A stretch of DNA of 37,917 nt from Oligoflexales bacterium (GCA_045105515.1 JBGCDR010000065.1:1-37917), one strand, 5' to 3'. Shown: positions 1 to 9,593, counted from the stretch's first letter. Notes: generated by a model not told the origin, from the letters alone. A program made the numbers and translations.

Positions 1-35
1 TCATACCTTTGCTCATAAGTGAGATTGGCAGACAT
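1..35 (-). CDS. 5' end of a CDS running off the window (MSANLTYEQRY...), product unknown
   Basis: On the minus strand, AAGGGG SD followed by ATG at 35-33; frame open to the window edge; only 11 codons visible. Confidence 0.5.
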   Translation of the reverse strand, partial: MSANLTYEQRY

Positions 36-327
36 AAATACCCCTTTCTTGCAAGCAGATTAGCCTCATAGACTAAACTAAATCCGCCTTCCGAAGCGAT
101 GGAATTTTTTCTTCTGCACTTAATCTAGCAATCCGCCTTTATAAAAACTGTTTCGCAAACTTTCATTTAACAAAAGAAAAAACAAAAAATTCATTATATT
201 AGAGGTTTTAGACTGAGGTGAAAAAAATTTAGATCAACTTTGTGAAGGTAAAAAGATCACTATTTGTTATTTATTTTGTATGTTGATCACAGATTTTTTT
301 GACCTATTTCGGGTGTAAAATTTCAGC

Positions 328-1116
328 CTAATATAGATATATTATCAGAATAAGCAAAGCCAATGATGCTCGGTAAATAGCAAAAGCTAAAAAACCAAAG
401 CGAGAAATAAACTTTAAGAAAAATCTAATAGCTAGACATCCAACCACACATGAAGTGATGATGCCTATATAAAAACTGGGGTCCCCTAGGCTTGCAATAA
501 AATCTTTGTAATGAAGTAGTGCAGCCCCTCCCATTGCTGGAGTGCCAAGTAGGAAAGAGAAACGTGCAGAGGCATCCCTACTTAAACCTAATGCTCGGCT
601 CGCACTTATGGTGGCACCACTTCTAGATACCCCAGGAATAAGAGCGCAAGCCTGAGCGAACCCGATGTAAATACCCATCTTCACGTTCATCTCTTGCATA
701 CTTAGCGAACCACTCGACCTTTTGTCAATAAACCACAAGAGAAAACCCACGCAAGCTAGAGGCAAAGTGATGCTTAAGGGATTGTGAAAGATATCTTCAA
801 TTTGGTCTTTGGCTAGAATCCCTACAAATCCTGCTGGAACCGAGCCAAGCAATAATGCTGGAAGGAGGGTTGTTCCTTCAAAGTTTTTTTGCCCCTTGAA
901 GACGGTTGCTACAGAACCGTTTATCAGGGCTAACCAATCCCTCCAAAAATATATCAGTACAGCTATTAAAGTGCCAAAATGCAGGGCTGTATTGACAGCA
1001 AGGGGAAGAGGCTTGCCTTCCATTAGCCAAGACACAAATATTAGGTGAGCGGAACTTGATACGGGAAGAAACTCGGTGATCCCCTGTATGATGCCTAAAA
1101 TTGCTGAAAAAAACAT
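328..1116 (-). CDS. uppP: Undecaprenyl-diphosphate phosphatase (BacA)
   Basis: QGITEFLPVSSSAH and PGVSRSGAT signature motifs; multi-pass hydrophobic protein. Confidence 0.97.
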   Translation of the reverse strand: MFFSAILGIIQGITEFLPVSSSAHLIFVSWLMEGKPLPLAVNTALHFGTLIAVLIYFWRDWLALINGSVATVFKGQKNFEGTTLLPALLLGSVPAGFVGILAKDQIEDIFHNPLSITLPLACVGFLLWFIDKRSSGSLSMQEMNVKMGIYIGFAQACALIPGVSRSGATISASRALGLSRDASARFSFLLGTPAMGGAALLHYKDFIASLGDPSFYIGIITSCVVGCLAIRFFLKFISRFGFLAFAIYRASLALLILIIYLY

Positions 1117-1333
1117 GATTGATCTGCTCCTTGTAAGCTTTGTGCCTAAGCATGATTAGTATATTTTGGGAATTAAGACCATGCCTTCGCATTATAGGAA
1201 GTTTGTCCTAATGCTCCTATAGAGAAATAGGCCAAGCTTATCCACAAGTAATTTAGTAAGGGAATTCGGTAATTATAGAATGGGAATTAAGGGTTTAAGT
1301 GCCTCGGGACTTAAGCGAATTGTCGAGGGTTGT

Positions 1334-1888
1334 TTAGGAATTGGGAGCAGCGTTTGGTTCTTCAAAAATACTCTTTTTGGCAAGTTCAACGAGTTTGATA
1401 ATGTCCTTTTCTTGTAACTCGCCATCAAAACTAAAAATAACTTCCCCTTGCTTGTTAAAAAGAACGATATCGTTACTATCGTCTTTAAGGTCCCAGTTCT
1501 TCACGAGAGATTTATTTATATCTTTTACATAAATAGTATCAGGGTATTTTTCTTGTTTAGATTTAATTGCGCTGTTTATCCATGAGTTTGGTAACCATGA
1601 TGCGGCCATATTGACAACAGCGACCGATGCAAACTTATCGCGAGGGAACTTTTCCTTCTTTACAGCTTCGGTTGCCTTATTGTTGAGATCTTTAGAACCT
1701 GGTGCTGAGTATACAAGTAAGTGAACTTTGCCTTGAAGATCTTTGCTGTCCCAAGCCTTGCCATCAATCCTGCCACCTGCATCCTTTCCTAACTTGATTT
1801 GGGGAGGAGTCTGATTGATGGGAAGGGTAGCGAAAACGATTTTTGATGCCAATGCACAGCAAAATACTATGATTTTATTACGAATCAT
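1334..1888 (-). CDS. YtfJ-family exported thioredoxin-like protein
   Basis: Signal peptide; GG...WDSKDLQGKVHLL pattern typical of YtfJ; GGAGG SD. Confidence 0.75.
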   Translation of the reverse strand: MIRNKIIVFCCALASKIVFATLPINQTPPQIKLGKDAGGRIDGKAWDSKDLQGKVHLLVYSAPGSKDLNNKATEAVKKEKFPRDKFASVAVVNMAASWLPNSWINSAIKSKQEKYPDTIYVKDINKSLVKNWDLKDDSNDIVLFNKQGEVIFSFDGELQEKDIIKLVELAKKSIFEEPNAAPNS

Positions 1889-1997
1889 GTAACCTCCAGG
1901 TCGGTGCTAACTATTGTAAATCCTCAATGGGAGTGATACTCCTACAACTCGCTACTAGCAAGGAATATTTTCCTTTCCTTATCATGAAGGAGTTAGT

Positions 1998-2216
1998 TTG
2001 AAACCCCATATAAGGCAGTCTTTATCGGCAAAAATCGTTGCTGTTGGCTTTATCATTCTTATTCTATTAGGCAATTTTTGGATTGTAGGCCATATCCTTG
2101 GGGGCGAGCCAGCAGAGTGGATGAGTGTGCTAGGCTTGGGAGGTTTGGCCATGGTTTTGGGAGGAGGGGTTTTTTTGATTGCTCAGATTTTAATGGATCA
2201 TTTTGATGCAAGCTAA
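1998..2216 (+). CDS. Small two-TM membrane protein
   Basis: AAGGAG SD before TTG; two hydrophobic segments; overlaps the start of the next gene. Confidence 0.65.
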   Translation: MKPHIRQSLSAKIVAVGFIILILLGNFWIVGHILGGEPAEWMSVLGLGGLAMVLGGGVFLIAQILMDHFDAS

Positions 2217-3606
2217 AAAAAATAAACGGGATATCATCATAGAATATGAGCAGGGGTCGTTAGTCATTGATGGCTGGAATGACTCTTACCAGAAATATTG
2301 CCAGGAGCTTGTGTTCGATCAACGTACCCTCCAACATAGAGCGCCCGCTTACTGTTATCGCGATCTGATCACTGGCTTGATGGAAGATAAGATTTCATAC
2401 CAGGACAGAGCCCGAAAATATGAAATGATAGACTCATCTCTTATAAAAGAAATTGATCCCCGAAGCCATCAGAGTCAGGCTTTACAAGCTTGGGAAGATG
2501 CAGGATATAGGGGGCTTGTCTCTTTACCTACAGGTGCTGGAAAAACGATCCTAGCGGTTCTCTGCATTGCTAAGCTTGGACGGTCAACCTTGGTGATTGT
2601 ACCGACTATAGACCTACTTAATCAATGGCGAAAAGTGCTCCAAAATTTTTTCAAATTTGATATTGGTGGCTACGGTGGAGGAGAAAAAAACCTAGAGTCG
2701 GTGACAGTTGCGACTTACGATTCAGCTAGGCTAATTATAGAGGCCTACGGGAATAAATTTGGATTTTTGGTGTTCGATGAGTGCCATCACCTTCCCGCTC
2801 CTTTTTACCAAAATATTGCTTACGCTTCTCTTGCCCCATACCGCATTGGATTGTCTGCAACCTTGGAACGTGCCGACGGGGGAGAAAGTGTCTTATTTAA
2901 GCTGCTTGGCCCTTTAGTTTATGAAGAAGAAATTAAAGATATGGCTCATGGAGGTGTTTTAGCGCCCTATGATGTGGTGCAGCTCGAAGTTGAGTTAAGT
3001 TCGCTTGAACGTGAAAAGTACGAGAAACAGCGGGCTGTATATCTAAGCTTTATAAAAAAAAATGGAATTAACTTTAGCCATGCTGATGGGTGGAAACAAT
3101 TTATCATCCGCTCTTCCCGCAGTGAGGAGGGAAGGAAGGCTATGATCGCTTTCCGAGAACAAAAACGCCTTGCCCAAGCAGCTTCTGGTAAAATGCAGAA
3201 AGTATGGGAGCTAATTAATGCTCATGGGAATGAAGCCGCTATCGTTTTTACTGATGATAATGCAATGGCCTACCTGCTTGGAAAAGCATTTATTCTTCCA
3301 GTCCTCACTCATAAGACTAAAGCCAAAGAACGTAAACGAATGCTGGATGCATTCCGTAAAGGTGAGCTAAAAGTACTAGTAACTTCTAAAGTTTTAAATG
3401 AAGGGGTGGATGTACCCGAAGCTCGGGTAGGAGTGGTAGTTTCTGAGAGTGGAGCAGTGAGAGAGCACGTACAGCGTTTAGGTAGAATTTTGCGTCATAG
3501 TCCGGGAAAACGAGCTGTTTTGTACGAGCTGGTGTCTAAAAATACCAGTGAACAGAGTGTGAATATTCGTCGGAGGCAGCATAGTGCTTACCAAAGATCT
3601 CATTAA
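2206..3606 (+). CDS. XPB/Rad25-like superfamily 2 helicase
   Basis: Walker A LPTGAGKT, DECHH, GLSAT, LNEGVDVP, QRLGRILR; short XPB-type N-terminal region (FDQRT..HRAPAYCYR). Confidence 0.92.
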   Translation: MQAKKNKRDIIIEYEQGSLVIDGWNDSYQKYCQELVFDQRTLQHRAPAYCYRDLITGLMEDKISYQDRARKYEMIDSSLIKEIDPRSHQSQALQAWEDAGYRGLVSLPTGAGKTILAVLCIAKLGRSTLVIVPTIDLLNQWRKVLQNFFKFDIGGYGGGEKNLESVTVATYDSARLIIEAYGNKFGFLVFDECHHLPAPFYQNIAYASLAPYRIGLSATLERADGGESVLFKLLGPLVYEEEIKDMAHGGVLAPYDVVQLEVELSSLEREKYEKQRAVYLSFIKKNGINFSHADGWKQFIIRSSRSEEGRKAMIAFREQKRLAQAASGKMQKVWELINAHGNEAAIVFTDDNAMAYLLGKAFILPVLTHKTKAKERKRMLDAFRKGELKVLVTSKVLNEGVDVPEARVGVVVSESGAVREHVQRLGRILRHSPGKRAVLYELVSKNTSEQSVNIRRRQHSAYQRSH

Positions 3607-4816
3607 GTCCAAGCTTAGAAAAGGTCGAGTTTATCCAGATAAAATTGAGTCAAAATGCCTCGAAGCTACTGAGCTTGCTACAAATATGCTGAAATTTAGT
3701 GCTCAAGCGAAAGATAAAACTCAGAAGGAGCTTGAGTTTATTTGGGAACAGGCAGGCTTAAGCTTGAAACCCTGGTATGCTGCTTTTAAGAAGCTTATCT
3801 TTGATATGGCTTCTTGGCAAGATATCGACAGTAAGCTTGAGGATAAGCGATGGAATTGGTTTTACGAAGCTCAAAGCCTTAGGACCGAAACCTTATTTCC
3901 TAGTTTTGAAGCATTTCAAGAAGCATTTGCTGCAGGTCAAACTCGAGCCTTTGCTCAAATAGCTGCTGAGCTTTACGGGGACTTGCCTGATAAACGCTGC
4001 TTAGAGTCAATACCGCAAATCACTGCAAGTGAGCTGATTCATAGATACAACTGTGCACAAGTTCAGGGTCTAATAATCAAAGCTAAGCAGATTGAGATAA
4101 CTTTATTGAACTCCAACTTAGAGGAGCGGCGTCTTTTTTTTCGCGCTTTGAAGTTTCATCAGCTTGTTGCTGAGGTCTTAGATCCTTATGCTGTCAAAGA
4201 TAAAAAAGGTGACTTGAGAGTGCGCTTAAGTGGCCCGCTAAGCATTTTGCAATCACCACAAACCTATGGGGCAAAATTAGCTAACTTTTTTCCACGAGTT
4301 TTACTTCTAAATCAATGGAAGTGCGAGGCTCTCATAGACCTGTCTCCAGCACCGAGTAAGAAAGGTTTGAAATTAGAGCTGGATCAAAAGTGCGGTATAA
4401 AAAGCCACTATCACGATCCTGGTAGCTATATCCCCGAAGAGTTTCAATATTTTGTAGATAACTTTAATCGGCTCTCAGATTCTTGGAAAGCATCTTTTGC
4501 AGATACATTCATTCCCTTAGGGAGGCAATCCTACTGCTTCCCAGATCTTTGCTTTAGTAATACTGACAAGCAAACGGTATATATGGAATTGTTTCATAAA
4601 TGGCATAAAGGTCAGTTGGAACATCGACTTCAAGTTTTGGAGAATAATCCGGCAAGAAATTTACTGGTAGGAGTTGCCCGGAATCTTTTTAAAATCCCAG
4701 CGATGAAAAATAACATAAATAATTCTAGCTGGTTTAGTGAGAATGGCATTCTCTTCAGCGACTTCCCATCAGTAAAATCAGTGTTGACGACTTTGAGTAG
4801 CCGTGGATCAATATGA
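3584..4816 (+). CDS. DUF790/Bax1-family endonuclease
   Basis: MLTKDL start; LYGDL, LIHRYN..QVQGL, LSGPLS....YG..LA.F.P motifs; C-terminal FPD...ExxxxW nuclease-like motif; overlaps the helicase by 23 bp. Confidence 0.85.
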   Translation: MLTKDLIKSKLRKGRVYPDKIESKCLEATELATNMLKFSAQAKDKTQKELEFIWEQAGLSLKPWYAAFKKLIFDMASWQDIDSKLEDKRWNWFYEAQSLRTETLFPSFEAFQEAFAAGQTRAFAQIAAELYGDLPDKRCLESIPQITASELIHRYNCAQVQGLIIKAKQIEITLLNSNLEERRLFFRALKFHQLVAEVLDPYAVKDKKGDLRVRLSGPLSILQSPQTYGAKLANFFPRVLLLNQWKCEALIDLSPAPSKKGLKLELDQKCGIKSHYHDPGSYIPEEFQYFVDNFNRLSDSWKASFADTFIPLGRQSYCFPDLCFSNTDKQTVYMELFHKWHKGQLEHRLQVLENNPARNLLVGVARNLFKIPAMKNNINNSSWFSENGILFSDFPSVKSVLTTLSSRGSI

Positions 4817-4956
4817 TACTGTAAACAAGGTAAAGCATCGGCGCCATAACGGCTCAAGGGTGCACCTATTGCTCATAAAGCCTTTCTCCAATCTAGACAA
4901 GGTCTGAGGACTAGGTTTTGCGATTGTGGGAGGACTTTTTCTCAAGAGAGAAAAAA

Positions 4957-6183
4957 ATGAATTCTGCAAACAAAAATCTAACTAATGATGCGTTAAACAC
5001 ACTCGTAGAGGCTAAAGACTTGGATACGGTTGACAAGCACGTAGAATCTGCAACTGAGAGCAATGCTCGTAAGCGTTCAAGCGCCGAAGCGAGGAAGGTT
5101 TCAGAATCAAAAACAGATGAATTTTATAAAGCTCTGGAAATGGCCAGAGGCCAAAGCTTGTTGATTTGTATCAAGGGCTATCCGGATCCCGACAATATTG
5201 CTAGCTCTTTAGCATTGGAGTGGTTGGCCCAACTCTATGAAATGGATACAAAAATTATTTATTTTGATGAGATCTCTCATCATGAAAATAGAGCGCTGGT
5301 AAAAAAATTAGACCTCGAGCTAGAGCAATACACCACTGAAATAGACTTAAATAAATACCGATATTATGCGATCAACGACTCCCAAAACACGGAGCTACCG
5401 ATTCAGTTACCTGAACCTTGTGAATTATTGTTTTTTGTGGATCATCACAAACCACTGGGAACTGTTGAGGGGCACTTTATTGATATTAGGGAAAATGTTG
5501 GGTCAACCTCTTCAATGTATGTAGAATATATACAGAATGCACCCGTAGTTTTTAGAGGTGACAGCAGCGTGGAGACAAAAATAGCTACAGCACTCATGCA
5601 TGGGATTCGGTCTGATACCGATGACTATGTCAATGCGACAGCTGCAGATTATAAAGCTAGCCAATTCCTAGCTCCTTTGCTTGATAAAGATCTACTTTCC
5701 CTTATTTCTAGGCAAGCAATTTCCGCTAAAACGATGGACCTCACTCAAGTTGCTTTGCAACATAAAGACATTAGGGAAACTTACTTATTTTCGGGAGTGG
5801 GATACGTACGAGAAGAAGATAGGGATGGAATTGGACAATGCGCAGACTATCTCTTGCATCGGGAAGGGATTGAAACAGTCGTTGCTTATGGAGTTGTAGG
5901 AAATAGTTTTATTGATGGTTCTTTAAGAACTAAATCTCATACCCTGGACCCGGATAAATGGCTAAAAGATGTATTTGGGAAAAATGAAGAAGGCAAATGG
6001 TACGGTGGAGGGCGAAAGGACAAGGGTGGCTTCCAAATTCCTTTAGGTGTTTTCTCAAAGTGCAGTGACCGTGAACTACTGTGGATTCTGATTAAAAAAA
6101 CTATTGATGAGCTTTTCTATAAGAAGATAGGTATTGATTCACAGTCTTCCAGAGATGGTGATTTAAGCACAGGAAAAGTTTAG
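4957..6183 (+). CDS. DHH/DHHA1-family phosphoesterase
   Basis: PDPD, D, VDHH, GIRSDT motifs; GSLRT and GGG in a DHHA1-like C-terminus; ATG at 4957 preferred over TTG at 4918. Confidence 0.88.
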   Translation: MNSANKNLTNDALNTLVEAKDLDTVDKHVESATESNARKRSSAEARKVSESKTDEFYKALEMARGQSLLICIKGYPDPDNIASSLALEWLAQLYEMDTKIIYFDEISHHENRALVKKLDLELEQYTTEIDLNKYRYYAINDSQNTELPIQLPEPCELLFFVDHHKPLGTVEGHFIDIRENVGSTSSMYVEYIQNAPVVFRGDSSVETKIATALMHGIRSDTDDYVNATAADYKASQFLAPLLDKDLLSLISRQAISAKTMDLTQVALQHKDIRETYLFSGVGYVREEDRDGIGQCADYLLHREGIETVVAYGVVGNSFIDGSLRTKSHTLDPDKWLKDVFGKNEEGKWYGGGRKDKGGFQIPLGVFSKCSDRELLWILIKKTIDELFYKKIGIDSQSSRDGDLSTGKV

Positions 6184-6617
6184 CTTGATAAAATAAGGGT
6201 TACTGGTCCGTCACCTTGCATATTCACTTGCATGTTGGCACCAAACTCTCCTGTAGCAACTTCTATTTCAAGGTTCCTTAATTCTTTTACAAATCTTAGA
6301 TACAATTCCAGAGCTTTTTCTGGTTTTGCTGCAGCTTGGAAGTTTGGTCTACGACCTTTGTGACAATCTCCATAAAGCGTAAATTGGCTGACTACAAGAA
6401 TAGATCCCGAAACTTGCTTAATATTTAGGTTCATCTTTTCAAGTTCATCATTAAAAGCTCGCAATCCGGCAACCTTGTCGGCCAAATATTGACATTCCTT
6501 CTCGCTATCTTGATGGTAAATACCTAAGAGAACCAACCATCCATGAGCAATTGAGCCAATGACTCTGCCCTTTACCAGTACCGAAGCCGAAGATACTCTT
6601 TGCAATACAGCTTTCAT
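6180..6617 (-). CDS. dtd: D-aminoacyl-tRNA deacylase
   Basis: MKAVLQRV start, SQFTL, KGRRP, DGPVT (Gly-cisPro) motifs. Confidence 0.96.
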   Translation of the reverse strand: MKAVLQRVSSASVLVKGRVIGSIAHGWLVLLGIYHQDSEKECQYLADKVAGLRAFNDELEKMNLNIKQVSGSILVVSQFTLYGDCHKGRRPNFQAAAKPEKALELYLRFVKELRNLEIEVATGEFGANMQVNMQGDGPVTLILSS

Positions 6618-6693
6618 AATTTTCCTTGTATATGGCAAGGTTTAACGATATGGATACGATTGGTATCTTTTCACAAATAGGCAGGGGCGAGCT

Positions 6694-7269
6694 GTGTTAG
6701 ATATAGCAAATCGTATGGAGCATCAAGAACATATTAGGAAGCTGATCCTCAACTGTGGAGAGGATCCAGAAAGAGATGGTTTGCTCAAAACCCCAGAGCG
6801 TTTTCTTAAAAGTATGGCTTATCTTACCTCTGGCTATGCTGCTGATGTCGGAAAAGTAGTCAACGGCGCTCTTTTTGATGTTTGTTATGACGACATGGTG
6901 GTTGTTCGTGACATTGAGTTTTATAGTCTTTGTGAACACCATATGCTGCCATTTTATGGAAAGTGCCACCTAGGATATATACCCACTGATAGGGTTATTG
7001 GACTATCAAAAATACCTAGGATTGTGGACATTTTTGCGCGTCGGCTGCAGGTCCAAGAGCGTTTAACGAATGAGATAGCTCAGGCATTCAGCGAATATAT
7101 GAAGCCGAAAGGTGTTGGGGTGGTTATTGAAGCAAATCACCTTTGTATGATGATGCGTGGTGTAGAAAAACAGGGATCTATGACCATCTCAAGTTCCATG
7201 CAGGGCTGTTTCCGGAAACTTGAAACAAAAGATGAGTTTATGTCTCATGTGCGTTCGACTCGTCTATAA
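6694..7269 (+). CDS. folE: GTP cyclohydrolase I
   Basis: CEHHMLPF, GLSKIPR, RRLQVQERLT, HLCMMMRG motifs. Confidence 0.97.
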   Translation: MLDIANRMEHQEHIRKLILNCGEDPERDGLLKTPERFLKSMAYLTSGYAADVGKVVNGALFDVCYDDMVVVRDIEFYSLCEHHMLPFYGKCHLGYIPTDRVIGLSKIPRIVDIFARRLQVQERLTNEIAQAFSEYMKPKGVGVVIEANHLCMMMRGVEKQGSMTISSSMQGCFRKLETKDEFMSHVRSTRL

Positions 7270-7318
7270 TTCTTGAAACATTTTTCATAGCCCAATTACT
7301 TGCAAAGGAGCTGCAAGG

Positions 7319-7972
7319 GTGGCTAAACACATCTATACATATGTTAACCCAAGTTCGGAACGTGACTTAGCTCAGGCCTGTAAAGTATTGGAAAGTGATG
7401 GAGTCATAGCTTATCCCACAGATGTCAATTGGGCTTTTGGGTGTGATGCTTCAAGTCGAAAAGCAATTGCTAGGATTAGGCAGTTAAAACCACATCATCC
7501 TAGGGAGCAGCCTTTCAGCTTGTTGTGCAATTCAATCAGCATGGTTGCTTCAGTAGGGTATGTTGAAAACTCGGCTTATCGCTTGCTTAAAAAGTGTTTA
7601 CCTGGTCCCTATACCTTACTGCTGCAAAGAAGCCACGATTTACCTAGACAAATCAAAGATAAGCGAAAAATCGTTGGGGTTCGTGTCCCTGATTGTCCTC
7701 TTTTGTTAGACATGGTTGCAGCATATGGTAAGCCTATTGCAACGACTTCAATGCCTTGTTATGAGCAAAATGATAAAAAACCAGCTACGTTTGGGTTTGA
7801 AATCGATGAGCAGTATGGCCATGGTATCGATCTGATTCTTGATTTAGGTGAGGAGATGCATCCAAATGAGACGAGTATTGTCGATATGAGTGATGATTCG
7901 GGTGGAAAGATTGTTAGGGTAGGATCTGGAGATATTTCTTTATTTGAAAGGTTTGGCTTTGAACTATCTTAA
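7319..7972 (+). CDS. Sua5/YrdC/YciO family protein, YciO-like subgroup
   Basis: VIAYPTD...GC, LPGPYT, VGVRVP motifs; has TTSM where TsaC has TSAN. Confidence 0.85.
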   Translation: MAKHIYTYVNPSSERDLAQACKVLESDGVIAYPTDVNWAFGCDASSRKAIARIRQLKPHHPREQPFSLLCNSISMVASVGYVENSAYRLLKKCLPGPYTLLLQRSHDLPRQIKDKRKIVGVRVPDCPLLLDMVAAYGKPIATTSMPCYEQNDKKPATFGFEIDEQYGHGIDLILDLGEEMHPNETSIVDMSDDSGGKIVRVGSGDISLFERFGFELS

Positions 7973-7979
7973 AAACCCT

Positions 7980-8582
7980 ATGATTGCACCCTCTCCTTTT
8001 GAAAAGTGTTTGTTGAAGGAAATGGTGGAAATTGCGAAAGATTGTTACTACAGAGGGTGGGCGCCAGCTACTAGTGGAAATTTTTCTATACACTTGCGTG
8101 AAGGTTTGGTTTGGCAAAGCCCTTCGGGAGTATGTAAAGGACGGCTAAGACCAAATTCCTTTATTCCAATTAGTTTGATCAAGAAGTCCATTTGGGGATT
8201 TGGCTTAGGAAAACCTTCAGAAGAAATGCTAGTGCATCTAAAAATTTACGAGCAAAGCAATGCTCGCTGTGTAGTACATGCTCATCCACCACATTTTATC
8301 AAGCTTTCAATGGAAAAAAGTGTGATTAGTTTTCAGGGTTACGAAATGCAAAAAGCACTTGGCTGCAATAGTTACTCCGAGCAAATAAACTTTAAAATTG
8401 CTCCAAATCAAACACAGAAAGAGCTTGAAAATTTTTGTGATAAGCAGTTAGCTCATTACATTGAAGCTGACTCTAGGTTTATTATGTTTGAAGGCCACGG
8501 AATTTATGCCTGGGCAGACTCTCCTTTGAAAGCTTTGCAAAGCATTGAAGCAGTGGAATCTCTATGTACAGGAATGATCTAG
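7980..8582 (+). CDS. Class II aldolase/adducin family, methylthioribulose-1-phosphate dehydratase (MtnB)-like
   Basis: GWAPATSGNFS, SPSG..KG, KPSEE...H, HAH, GYEMQKAL, GHGIYAW. Confidence 0.8.
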   Translation: MIAPSPFEKCLLKEMVEIAKDCYYRGWAPATSGNFSIHLREGLVWQSPSGVCKGRLRPNSFIPISLIKKSIWGFGLGKPSEEMLVHLKIYEQSNARCVVHAHPPHFIKLSMEKSVISFQGYEMQKALGCNSYSEQINFKIAPNQTQKELENFCDKQLAHYIEADSRFIMFEGHGIYAWADSPLKALQSIEAVESLCTGMI

Positions 8583-9289
8583 CTACTCTTAACGTCTATA
8601 AACTAGGTTTGCTCTCATATGAGTCAGGGTGTTCTGTTCAAACTTATTTTCATAAACTTGTGGTTCGCGAACAATCAGGCCCTTGTTTGCTGCTGCTAGA
8701 GCATCAGCCAGTTATTACTTTTGGCAAAAGCTCAGATATTGGTTTTTTGAAGTCTTCAAAACGTACTTTAGAGCTTTCTGGGATTGATTTGTGTGTAAGC
8801 GATCGTGGCGGACAATTAACTGCTCATGCACCTGGACAACTGCTTGCATATCCAATCATCCCGATCCGAAAGTTTGGCCTGGGTGTAAAGGCTTATGTAA
8901 CCCTACTTGAACAAGCTGTAATAAACCTGTTGAGGAGGTGGGGCGTGCATAGTCAAAGAGACGAGGAATTTCCAGGAGTATGGCATGAAAAGAGTAAAAT
9001 TTGTGCACTTGGGATTAGGATAAAAGACCGTGTTAGTATGCATGGCCTGGCAATAAATGTGAATGCTGACCTTGCAATTTTTTCTCATATTGTGCCATGT
9101 GGGATTGTAGGGCGATCTGTGGTAAATTTAGAGTCACTAATACAAGAAAAACTAGATCTGAGTAATGTTGCAGAGCATCTAGCTAGAGAGATTGGTAAGC
9201 TGTTGAACTTAAAATTGAATTTTGATTCTTGTTCCACAATACCAAAGAATAGTTTTGAGCAAGAACAATTTGTACGAAGAGGGGGTTAG
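8564..9289 (+). CDS. lipB: Octanoyltransferase
   Basis: LEHQPVITFG, DRGGQLTAHAPGQL, KICALG, MHGLA, IVPCG. Confidence 0.95.
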   Translation: MYRNDLATLNVYKLGLLSYESGCSVQTYFHKLVVREQSGPCLLLLEHQPVITFGKSSDIGFLKSSKRTLELSGIDLCVSDRGGQLTAHAPGQLLAYPIIPIRKFGLGVKAYVTLLEQAVINLLRRWGVHSQRDEEFPGVWHEKSKICALGIRIKDRVSMHGLAINVNADLAIFSHIVPCGIVGRSVVNLESLIQEKLDLSNVAEHLAREIGKLLNLKLNFDSCSTIPKNSFEQEQFVRRGG

Positions 9290-9290
9290 C

Positions 9291-9593
9291 TTGGAAGCGC
9301 AGAAATCACTTTTAAAAAAGGATAAGACCCTCTTTGCTGGTGAGCATGAAAGCCATCCACTCGTTAAGCGTGAGTCTTTGCAAGACTGTTGCAAAGAAAC
9401 AATCAAGGCTCATGCTCAGTATAATCCCATGATGCTATGTCAGGTATGCAAGCATCTCATAAAGTGTTTTAAGGATGGGTCGCAATTTAGAAACTATATA
9501 ATTTTTTGTGAATCGAGGGGAAGGCAAATATATATTGATTCATATGACTCATACCAGGTGGTGGTTTTTCGTAACTATGAGCCCTTCCGTTGA
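9291..9593 (+). CDS. Hypothetical Cys-rich small protein
   Basis: AGAGGGGG SD and TTG just after the lipB stop; CC, CxxC, C, C pattern. Confidence 0.6.
   Translation: MEAQKSLLKKDKTLFAGEHESHPLVKRESLQDCCKETIKAHAQYNPMMLCQVCKHLIKCFKDGSQFRNYIIFCESRGRQIYIDSYDSYQVVVFRNYEPFR

Noticed and set aside
1117..1333. Replication origin
   Set aside because: Only one DnaA box; no box cluster and no dnaA or gidA context.
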